Notes under the pieces: model-generated | Seen by the model: the letters and a program-made list of their open reading frames with translations, nothing else | The model's database searches: none | What the model was told of the DNA's origin: nothing | Assembly (NCBI RefSeq): GCF_006345805.1 | Contig: NC_043021.1 | Span: 26,846,001-26,910,000, forward strand | Direction: 5' to 3' | Length of the DNA stretch: 64,000 bases | Source: Octopus sinensis | Taxonomy: Eukaryota | Translations under genes and position numbers: made by a program | Shown: piece by piece, positions 54,253 through 64,000 of the stretch | Position numbering within the stretch: position 1 is the first letter of the stretch | How the letters are laid out: every line of letters begins with the position of its first letter

Positions 54253-54298
54253 AAAACTGTTACTCAGAGTTCCACATTCCCATTCATCAGACAGTCTT
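54253..54298 (-). ncRNA. Minimal hammerhead fold (CUGAUGA intact, GAAA changed to GGAA)
   Basis: aagactgt-CTGATGA-at-gggaat-gt-GGAA-CTCTGAG-TA^acagtttt. Stem I is 8 bp with one G-U pair. Confidence 0.65.
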
Positions 54299-54365
54299 GG
54301 TTGAGTAACAGTTTTTGTGATGTCTTTGCAGCTTTATTAATAAAGAATATATATATATATATATA

Positions 54366-57300
54366 TAGACAAAAGAAACAGGCTTGGAAGGCCTGGAAGA
54401 ACGGTGGTAGCAGGGAAGTGTATCAGACTGCCAGAAGGGAAGCCAGGAGACAGGTCTATCTAGCCAGAGGGGAGGCAGATAAGGAAAAATTTGCCTATGT
54501 CCTGCGCCGTGAGGATGAAAGACTTGAGGTATTTCGTGTTGCAAGACAGTGTGTGAGAGAGAACCGTGACATGGTAGGAGAGAAGTGTGTTCGCAAGGAT
54601 GACGGTTCACTTGCGCTAAATGAGGATGCAAAGAGAGAGGCTTGGAGACGCCACTATGAAAGGTTGCTGAATGAAGAAAATGAATGGGATAAAGAGAGTC
54701 TGCCGAATGTCGACCCAACAGAGGGACCAGCAATCCGAGTTAACAGTTCCTTAGTAGATAAGGCAATTAGAAGCATGAAAACAGGGAAAGCCCCAGGCCC
54801 ATCAGGAATTACTGCAGAGATGCTCAAAATATCTGGTGGTGTCGGCTATAGCTTAGTCACCCGTATACACGAGGGAGTCATACACGAGGGATACACGAGG
54901 TGATACACGAGGGAGTCATACCCAATGACTGGTGTAGCAGCATAATAGTCAACTGCTACAAAGGTAAAGGCGACGCCCTAGATACAAATAACTACAGAGG
55001 TATCAAGCTGCTGGATCAGGTAATGAAGGTTACGGAGAGGGTTATAGCCCAACTAATTAGAGAGAGTGTTAGCTTAGATGATATGCAGTTTGGGTTCGTG
55101 CCAGGGAAAAGTACTACTGATGCTATATTCCTGGTAAGACAGCTGCAGGAGAAATACCTAGCCAAAGACAAGCCCTTGTACCTGGCTTTTGTTGACTTGG
55201 AGAAAGCCTTTGACAGGGTCCCCCGATCCCTTATCTGGTGGTCAATGAGGAAACTAGGGATAGATGAATGGTTAGTGAGAGCTGTGCAAGCCATGTACAG
55301 AGACGCTGCTAGTAAGGTGAGGGTTGGCAACGAGTACAGTGAAGAATTCCGGGTAGAGGTTGGGGTCCACCAAGGTTCAGTCCTCAGTCCCCTCCTATTT
55401 ATCATAGTCCTCCAGGCAATAACGGAGGAATTCAAGACAGGATGTCCCTGGGAGCTCCTCTATGCTGACGACCTTGCTCTAATTGCTGAGTCACTATCAG
55501 AACTGGAGGAGAAGTTTCAGGTGTGGAAACAAGGATTAGAATCGAAGGGCCTTAGAATCAACCTAGCCAAAACCAATAATAAGTAGGAAGGTGGACCAAT
55601 CACAAACGACTTCAGGTAGATGGCCCTGCTCGATCTGTAAAAAAGGTGTAGGTAGAAACTCTATAAGGTGCACCAAGTGTAAGCTATGGACACATAAGAG
55701 GTGCAGCAATGTCAAAGGAAGGCTAACTAGGAAAATAGTTTTTGTCTGTGGCAGATGCTCAGGAGCAATAAACACTGGAAATGTGCAGAGACCAACTTCT
55801 ACCACGTTCCAGGGAGACAAACTAGAAGTAGTTGATAGCTTCCGCTACCTAGGAGACCAAGTCAGTAGCGGGGGTGGGTGTGCTGAAAGTGTAACTGCTA
55901 GAGTAAGAATAGCTTGGGCAAAGTTTAGAGAGCTCTTACCCCTGCTGGTGACAAAAGGCCTCTCGCTCAGAGTAAAAGGCAGACTGTATGATGCATGTGT
56001 ACGTACAGCCATGCTACATGGTAGTGAAACATGGGCTGTGACTGCTGAGGATATGCGTAAGCTTGCAAGAAATGAAGCCAGTATGCTCCGATGGATGTGT
56101 AATGTCAGTGTTCATAATCGTCAGAGTGTAAGTACCTTGAGAGAAAAGTTGAACCTAAGAAGCGTCAATTGTGGTGTGCAAGAGAGACGGCTGCACTGGT
56201 ATGGTCATGTGACGAGAATGGATGTAGATAGTTGTGTGCAAAAGTGCTACACCCTAGTAGTTGAGGGAACCTGTGGAAGAGGTAGACCCAGGAAAACCTG
56301 GGACGAGGTGGTGAAGCACGACCTTCGAACTTTAGGTCTCACCAAGGAAATGACTAGAGACCGAGACCTATGGAAGTATGCTGTGCGTGAGAAGACCCGG
56401 CAAGAGTAGTCAGGCCCTGGGACGTAGTCAGTCCACCTGTGCATACCTCCCTTCTTGTGACACTTGTGAAGACCTGTTGAGGCAAGTGAAAATCAAAAAA
56501 ATCAAAACAAATCGAAATAGATGAATATCAATGGGATTTGTATCTTTATGGTACCAGTGCCAGTGGCACACAAGAAAACCATCCGAACGTGGCCGTAGCC
56601 AGTACCGCATCGACTGGCCTCCGTGCTGTGGGCACGTAACAAACACCATCCGATCATGTCCGTTCGCCAGCCTCATCAGGCACCTGTGTCGGTGGCACAT
56701 AAAAACACCATCTGAAGACCCGTCAAGACTAGTCAGGCCATAACCCGTGGCCCCTACCTGGGACATAGTCAGTCCGCCTGTGCATACCTTCCTTCTTGTG
56801 ACACTTGTGAAGACCTGTTGAGGCAAGTGATCAAATTAAAACAAATCAAAATAGATGAACATCAATGGAATTTGTATCTTTGTGGTACCAGGGCCGGTGG
56901 CACACAAGATAACCATCCGAACATGGCCGTAGCCAGTACCGCATCGACTGGCCTCTGTGCTGTGGGCTCATAACAAACACCATCCGATCGTGGCCGTTCG
57001 CCAAAAACACCATCCGAAGACCCGGCAAGACTAGTCAGGCCATAACCCGTGGCCTCTACTTGGGACGTAGTCAGTCCACCTGTGCATACCTTCCTTCTTG
57101 TGACACTTGTGAAGACCTGTTGAGACAAGTGATCAAATCAAATCAAATCAAAATAGATGAACATCAATGGAATTTGTATCTTTGTGGTATCAGTGCCGGT
57201 GGCACACAAGAAAACCATCCGAACGTGGCCGTAGCCAGTACCGCATCGACTGGCCTCCGTGCTGTGGGCACGTAACAAACACCATCCATCTGGCACCTGT

Positions 57301-57958
57301 GTCGGAGACACATAAAAACATCATCCGAAGACCCGGCAAGACTAGTCAGGCCATAACCCGTGGCCCCTACCTGGGACGTTGTCAGTTCACCTGTGCATAC
57401 CTTCCTTCCTTCTTGTGACACTTGTGAAGACCTGTTGAGGCAAGTGAAAATCAAATCAAATCAAATCAAAATAGATGAACATCAATGGAATTTGTATCTT
57501 TGTGGTACCAGTGCCGGTGGCACACAAGAAAACCATCCGAACGTGGCCGTAGCCAGTACCACATCGACTGGCCTCCGTGCTGTGGGCACGTAAGAAACAC
57601 CATCCGATTGTGGCCGTTCATCAGCCTCGTCTGTCACCTGTGTCGGTGGCACATAAAAACACCATCCGAGCGTGGCCGTTCGCCAGCCTCGTCTGGCACC
57701 TGTGTCGGTGGCACATAAAAACACCATCCGAGCGTGGCCGTTCGCCAGCCTCGTCTGGCACCTGTGTCGGTGGCACATAAAATCACCCACTACACTCTCG
57801 GAGTGGTTGGCATTAGGAAGGGCATCCAGCTGTAGAAACACTGCCAGATCTGACTGGCCTGGTGCAGCCTTCGGGCTCCCCAGACCCCAGTTGAACCGTC
57901 CAACCCATGCTAGCATGGAAAGCGGACGTTAAATGATGATGATGATGATGATGATGAT
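54366..57958 (+). mobile_element. 3.6-kb 5'-truncated RTE-clade LINE with PHD-interrupted RT and tandemly expanded 3' UTR
   Basis: Frames 54370-54900, 54900-55586 (KGKGD...NYRGIKLL...QFGFVPG...FVDLEKAFDRV...HQGSVLSP...LLYADD) and 55591-56409 (C4HC3, FRYLG, MLHGSETW). Frameshifts near 54900 and 55575. (GAT)n tail. Confidence 0.95.
56391..57780 (+). repeat. Tandem repeats in the RTE 3' UTR: four ~300-bp units and three 62-bp units
   Basis: gaagaccc(g/t) unit starts at 56391, 56714, 57016 and 57327. caccatccga unit starts at 57598, 57660 and 57722. Confidence 0.9.
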
Positions 57959-58019
57959 ATATATATATAACCCATGCTAGCATGGAGAACGGACGTTAAA
58001 TGATGATATATAGGTGAGA

Positions 58020-59630
58020 AAGTTGGTGAGTGAAAGCACGTGGTTGGATATATAGAAAATAGAAAAGAGTGAAAAAACTACAGAAGGCTTGTTTTATAAG
58101 GTTAAAGAATATATTTAAGTTGTTATGTTAGAAAAATGTTATAAAATTTTGCATATAGAAACGTAGTTTTTGGAGAAATTACCGGTTTCGTGTTAACTTT
58201 TCAAATTTCTCAAATGTCTTTACCTATATCGTGTCATGTCTTCATTATGCAGTGCAAAGAAGAGTTCCAGGCAGGGGGAGTTAATAAGCGATTTCTGCCG
58301 GTATAAGGGAGAATGAGATGAGTTTCTCTGTATAAGAATGTTAGGATGGTTAAGTTCAGGCTTATATTTTTCAATGAAGAATGTTTCCTTGTTTAATCTA
58401 ATTTGTGTTGGTGTTCCAATAGCACATTGATACAATGGAAAGATTAAAAATTGTGGTAGTAGTTACTTTGCACATTTCTCAATATGCTCACTAAAGGGTA
58501 TCATTCTGTATTCTGGGAATGCAATCTGTTGTCGATGCAGTGTGCATCTACGTCTGAGTGATAATCCCGTGGACCCCACGTAGTTCTGGTGGCAGCCCGA
58601 GCATCTTATGACATAAATTATGTTTTCAGAAGCACAAGTAAAATTAGATCTGATCTTGAATTTTTGTCCCTCTTTGAAAAGGAATTCTGATCCTTCTAGA
58701 AGGTTTGGGCATGTTGTGCAGTTTGGTCTACCACATTTTTTTACTTTTGCATCCGTAATTTCAGAAAACAATTTTGCCTTTGTGAGAATCTTTTTAAGTG
58801 ATTTAGGTTGTTTGTATCTTTTAATGATTTTATGTATGTTTAGAATTTCCTTTAATTTGGGGTCCTTTTGAAGTATTGGTAAATTCTGGGTGATGATGGT
58901 GAAGGCTTCTTTGTTTCTGGGGTTGTATGTGGATATGTAAGGCAGTATTTTCGGGGAAGGTGTGTTGTTGTGTTGAACTTTTCTCAAAGTTTCTATGTCG
59001 ATTTCTGTTGCACGTCTGATCCCATCCTCTATGAGTTGAACTGGGTAGTGTCTGTCAATTAGGGTGTTTTTGAGATCTTGTAGTCTAAAGTTCCTGGTAT
59101 TTTGTTCTGACACTATTGTGCATATCCTTCTTGCAAGGTTGAAAGGAATGTTTGTTTTAGTGTGTCTTAGGTGGCATGAATCAAAAAGTAGGTATTGTTT
59201 GGCGTCTGTGGCTTTGTAAAAAATGCCTGTTTCTATTTTAAGGTTAGTTTTTTTAATCAGAATATCTAAGAATGGAAGCTCATTTTGGTTGTACTCCATT
59301 GTGAACTGTATATTTGGGTTGATGCTGTTCAATAGGTTTTTGAATTTTAGGAGTTTATCTGTGTTTTCATTCCAGAGTATAAAACAATCGTCCAGGAATC
59401 TTTTCCAATTCTCTTTTATGTATTGAGAAAGGGGGTTTCCAAAGGTCGATAAAGATTCCTGGTATATAATTATTTCCAGGTAGCTCATTGTTAGGTTCGC
59501 AATGACTGGTGCTGCCCTTGTACCCATAGCAATCACGGATTTTTGATGGTAAAACGTATTGTCAAACATGAAGTGGTTATTTTGTAGGATGAATTCTTTA
59601 CTGATCCTTTTTGGTATTTCTTCCGGAAAT
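58020..59630 (-). mobile_element. 5'-truncated Penelope-like element (RT C-terminal half plus GIY-YIG endonuclease)
   Basis: ORF 59569-58463: IAMGTRAAP, WKRFLDDCF, LPFLDILI, YKATDAKQYL, linker CGRPNCTTC, IIYVIRCSGC...YVGSTG...RRRCTLH. Frameshifted tail RLNKETFFIEKYKPELN. TA runs on both sides. Confidence 0.92.
58173..58211 (-). ncRNA. Minimal hammerhead fold in the Penelope 3' region (core TTGAAAA, two lesions)
   Basis: GAGAAAT-TTGAAAA-GT-taac-AC-GAAA-CCGG-TA^ATTTCTC. Stem I is a perfect 7 bp and stem III is the palindrome ACCGGT. Confidence 0.6.
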
Positions 59631-60149
59631 ATATATATATATCATCATCATTTAATGTCTGTTTTCCATGCTGGCATGGGTTGGATGGTTTGACTCCAAT
59701 TAGCTGTTGTGGAATTGGTTTTTATGACTGGACACCTTTCCTAATGTCAATCACTTAACAGAGTTCCTGTAGCACCAACTCAAGTGCATTTCATGTGGCA
59801 CCAGCACCTGAAAGAACAAGACTGAATGCATGGAAGACAGAGATTTTACTTAGCTTGATACATCTTATCAACTACAGCAAATCATTACATCTCCCGGTCC
59901 CTTTTCATTTCCTCAGTGGGGCCCAGTGTCTGAAGGTACTTTCTCATCATGTCTTCTTGGGTCTACTCCTTCCACAGGTACCTGTCATAGACTCTTAAGG
60001 GTGGTTTCCTGATTTCTGTGACATATCTATTACCCACTGGGTTACTTATTTTTGCCAGCTGAGGGGACTGGAGCAATGTAAAATGAAGCGTTTTACTCAA
60101 GAATACAATGCTTTAAAATCTCCTAAAAAAGAATTTTTTAGGAGATTTT

Positions 60150-61290
60150 AAAGCTAGTTTTGGATCAGTTTACCTTTCTTGGCCAAATATTCTTGGTAAG
60201 CATGATCTTGGCAAAATGAACTCAAATGGACTCGTACTACTATCTCTATGCAGTGAGTTTGGACTTTTTGTCACCAATACACTTTTGCAATAGTCCAATA
60301 AAAACAAAATAACTTGGTGTCATCCTAGATCAGGTGATGGTCACTTGATTGACTATGTGATTGTCCAAAGCTGATATAGAAATGATGTTAAATTAACACA
60401 TTCTTTCCATAAGAGAGAATGCTGGTCTGACCATGCTATGGTTTGTAGCAAGATAAAAATGAGACCAAAGCTAGCCATAAAACAAAATCGTAAAAAAAAT
60501 CATAGGAGATTTGTCATTTCAAAGTTCAAAGTCGATAACCACAAGGATATTCTCATTTAAACACTTGATGAAAAGTTACATAATGTTAGCATCACAAAAA
60601 ATATAGAAAAATCCTCAGGTCAACTTAGAGGTGCTATTTATGATCCATTCAGGGAAGGGTTTTGGGTTTTCATGGTGCAAAAACCAAGATTGGTTAGATG
60701 AAAATGGTGAGGTTATCAACGAACAATTTCAAGAAATGTACAGAATGGATTGCAAATAAGAACACCAGAAACAAAAAAAATTTACAATTCTGCCAAAAAT
60801 TCTGTTCATGAAGCGACAGAAGTAGGACAAAATGTTCAAGCTCTGCAAAAACTGCTGACAAATATGACACGAAAGGCCTTTTTTCAAAATTTGATGTGGA
60901 TATTTGATCCAAGTAAAGAAGGTTGCTCTCCTGTTCTTTCTACAGAAGGGAATCTTCTCACAGATTGTACTGACATTGAAACATAGGGCAGAACATTTTA
61001 AAGAGATACTCAATAGATATACAAATGTAGACACAAACTCAATCATTAATAACCCTCAAAGGCCAGTAATTGACTGTCTTACAATGGATCCATATTTAGA
61101 TGAAGTGAAAATGGCTGTAAAACAATTGACAAATGGAAAAGCTCCAAGAGATGATGGTATTTCTGGAGAAATTTTTAAATGTGGCAGAAATATTTTGATA
61201 GATGAATTGACAAAGCTTACTGTTCAAATGAGGAACTGTCCCTCAACATTGTAAAGATGCAATGATTGTACATTTATATAAGGATTAAAG
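60150..61290 (+). mobile_element. Degraded RTE/BovB-like LINE (APE endonuclease to start of RT)
   Basis: GKHDLGKMNSNGLVLLSLCSEFGLFVTNT...TWCHPRSG...LIDYVIV...ECWSDHAMV...KAPRDDGISGEIFKCG, with many stops and frameshifts. Confidence 0.75.
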
Positions 61291-62684
61291 ACTTGTAAGT
61301 ATGTAGTATTTTGTTATGCAACCGTGATATATACTATAAAGTATATTAAAAGTTTTTATAAGTCAATACCAAGTTCTGCAGTGTTAGCAGTGCACTTTTT
61401 ACATGATTTGTTAAGGTTATCACTAGAGATATTCTATAGATTTCATTGTTTGTTTACATCTGACATCTCAATGTCTTGAAATGCTTGAGTATTAGGTAAG
61501 AAAACTTTTATTTTTTATTTGTTTCAGTCATTAGATTGAAATAAGTAAAAAATAAAAGATAAAAAGGAAGTGATAATTCACATTGCTAAAAATAATAGCC
61601 ATAGTTTCCTCATACCACACAATACCACCTTTAAAAAAGTTACATTGCTTAATGTAGCCCTAGGTACACAGTCTTTATCATTTAACAACCACTTTTTCAT
61701 GCTTGAATGGGTCAGACAGAATTGTTGCAGAATTGAAGCAGCTTTTCCTATTGTTGGATGCCCTTCTTGTCTCAACCCTCACCTGTTTCCAGTTTATCCC
61801 AGAAGACTGGAAAGGAATAATCGCCCTTAGATGATGATGATGCTTATTTACAACCATCGCATGGTGTATAGACAAGGGCACATATCTACACACACACACC
61901 CCTATCTTTTATCTTTTACTTATTTTAGTCATTATACCATGACCATGCTGGAGCACTGTCTTGAAGAATATTATCAACCTCAGGACTTATTGTTTTTCAA
62001 AGCCAGGTACTTATTCTGTTAATCTCTTTTGCCAAACTGGTAAGTTATGGGGATGTAAACACACCAGCACTGTTTGTCAAGTGGTGTGGGGGAAAAACAC
62101 AGACACATGCATGCACACACACTATGGGCTTCTTTCAGTTTCCGTTCACCAAATCCCCTAACAAGGCTTTGATCAGCCTGAGGCTATAGCAAGAATTACT
62201 TGCCCAAGGTGCCATGCAGTGGGACTGCACCTAGAATCATGTGGCTACCAGTATGAAATCCACACACTGGCCCATGGTTCTACACTAATGAACTGAACCC
62301 AAGACTACCTGGTTGGTAAACAACCTTCTTAACCACATAGCTATGCTTGCACTGATTACAATGTCTGAAAAACAATCAAGACAAAATAAATGAATGACAG
62401 TACAGTTAGAGCTGGAGTGTCTTTTGCTAGCATGGAAAACAGACGCTAAACGATGATGATGATGATGATGATGATGATTTGCTAGATCAGGGCATGCATG
62501 GTGGTGGTGGTGGTGGTGGGGCAAGCAACAACAATGACTCCTGAGATGGGATGAAAGGGGGCAGAGCTAGTCTGACTGAAATTTGAGCTCAGGACATAAA
62601 AAAATGTAAATAAATTCTACTGGGTATCTATCTACTTCTCCCACTTCCCACTGGCCATCACTCAAAGTATTTAATATCCTTTCT

Positions 62685-62875
62685 ACTATAGGCACAAGGC
62701 CTGAAACTTAGTGGCTAATCAATTACATCAACCCCAGTGCATACCTGGTACTTATTTCATCGACCCCCAAAAGGATGAAAGGCAAAATTGGAATTTGAAC
62801 TCAGAATATAAGGACAGATGAAATGCCACTAAGTTTTTTGCCTGGCATGCTAACAAGTCTGCCAGCTCACTGCTG
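62685..62875 (-). mobile_element. SINE family A
   Basis: ttctactataggcacaaggcctg...cctggtacttatttcatcgacccccaaaaggatgaaaggc...ctgccagctcac. Confidence 0.75.
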
Positions 62876-63891
62876 TCAAGGTATCTAATATATAAACAAC
62901 TACAGGTAATTTTTATCAAAATGTGAAGACATATACATGTCTGGTGTGATGTGAAAAGAGAAAGACATCAAATGGTTCAGGTAGGGTCATTCATTGATTG
63001 ATATTTCCTTTGATAGCATGCAGCCGCATACTTCACCTTTATATTACTTATGTAGGTGTGTTTCTCGGAGGTTGTGATGAGTTGTTGTTGTTGTTGTTGT
63101 TGATGGTGGTGGTGATGGTGGTAAGGAACTGATCATCACTGCTCTGATCTCATTGCTCATTGCTGTCTTTTGATGTGAAAAAGATTAGTTACCTGGAGAA
63201 GGTTCAATGAAAAAGCTTGTGAACTGCATGAGAATATATGAAAATATATGTAACTGTATACATACGTATGTATGTATGTGCATCTATGAGTGCATGTATG
63301 TATGAGTATGTATGTGTGTGTATGTGTGGAGCCACTTTGTAGGACCCCATTTCTGTTTGACCTTTGCTTCAGCAATCTTTGATTGCAGTGAGGGGAGATG
63401 GGTCTGTGAGGGAAGGGGCAATGAAAGAAAGGAAGGAAGAAGATATGGAAGAAAAGAGGTTCTTGTCTATACCTGCCATGGTGCATCCACCACCACCACC
63501 ACCACCACTACCACCAAAAACATCAACACTTTCCTTATTAACACTTCTGTTAACCTTATCACCTTAATAACATTACCAGAACTCTCTATACTATTACCAC
63601 CACCACAACCACAATTATCATCACTACTGCCCCCCCCCCCACCACCTGCTGTTACTACCATCACATTCTCTGTCACCATTATCCTTAACCCACTACTACC
63701 ACCACCACCACCACCACCAATACTAAATCAGACAGAGGGTGACAATCACCGTATTCACCACTTCCCTGAATTATGGAACATGCAATTCTACAAGTGGCAG
63801 CTCAGCAGACTTTAAATTCATACATTCATACATACATACATACATATATATATTTATATACATTCATACATGCATACATATATACCTACAT

Positions 63892-64000
63892 ATAGGTGCA
63901 GGCGTGATTGTGTGGTTAAGAAGCTTGAGCATTGCTGCATGGTTTTGGGTTCAGTCCCACCATGCAGCACCTTCGGCCACAGACCAACCAATACCTCATG
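63892..64000 (+). mobile_element. SINE family B head, truncated
   Basis: ataggtgcaggcgtgattgtgtggttaagaagcttg...gggttcagtcccacc. Confidence 0.65.

Larger units (their letters stand above)
54161..54345. repeat. Penelope-type terminal repeat cluster: two direct copies plus one inverted partial copy
   Basis: atatcac/taaaa(g/a)ctgttactcagagtt...ttcccatt occurs twice. 54161-54205 is the reverse complement of 54301-54345. Confidence 0.75.

Noticed and set aside
56391-57780. Regularly spaced repeats resembling a CRISPR array
   Set aside because: The units are full tandem copies without unique spacers, they lie in a LINE 3' UTR, the context is eukaryotic, and there are no cas genes.

Overview
Repeat-dominated animal genomic DNA, most likely a coleoid cephalopod (Octopus-like). 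That assignment is inferred from the microsatellite load and the tRNA-type SINE and RTE families. The only host gene I can support is on the minus strand. It has two spliced coding exons (25597-24829 and 15196-15064, with matching phase-1 junctions) of a YIL108W/Metallopep (PF12044)-type putative zinc metallopeptidase. Its HExxH exon was not found in the window. The rest is transposon debris: several RTE-clade LINE copies whose RT is interrupted by a PHD-type C4HC3 finger, a CR1 endonuclease fragment, a Penelope RT/GIY-YIG element, mariner and maT remnants, a head-to-tail pair of non-autonomous Helitrons with a nested piggyBac-type MITE and a LINE 3' end, three SINE families and large microsatellites. 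The most notable hidden structure is a set of hammerhead-ribozyme folds with palindromic stem III in Penelope-type terminal repeats (28.7-29.2, 45.7, 54.2-54.3 and 58.2 kb). Each copy carries core lesions. Also notable is a 204-bp near-perfect inverted templated duplication fused to the 5' end of a LINE insertion. Almost all other ORFs in the supplied track are microsatellite artefacts. All coordinates and folds were read by eye; no searches were run.
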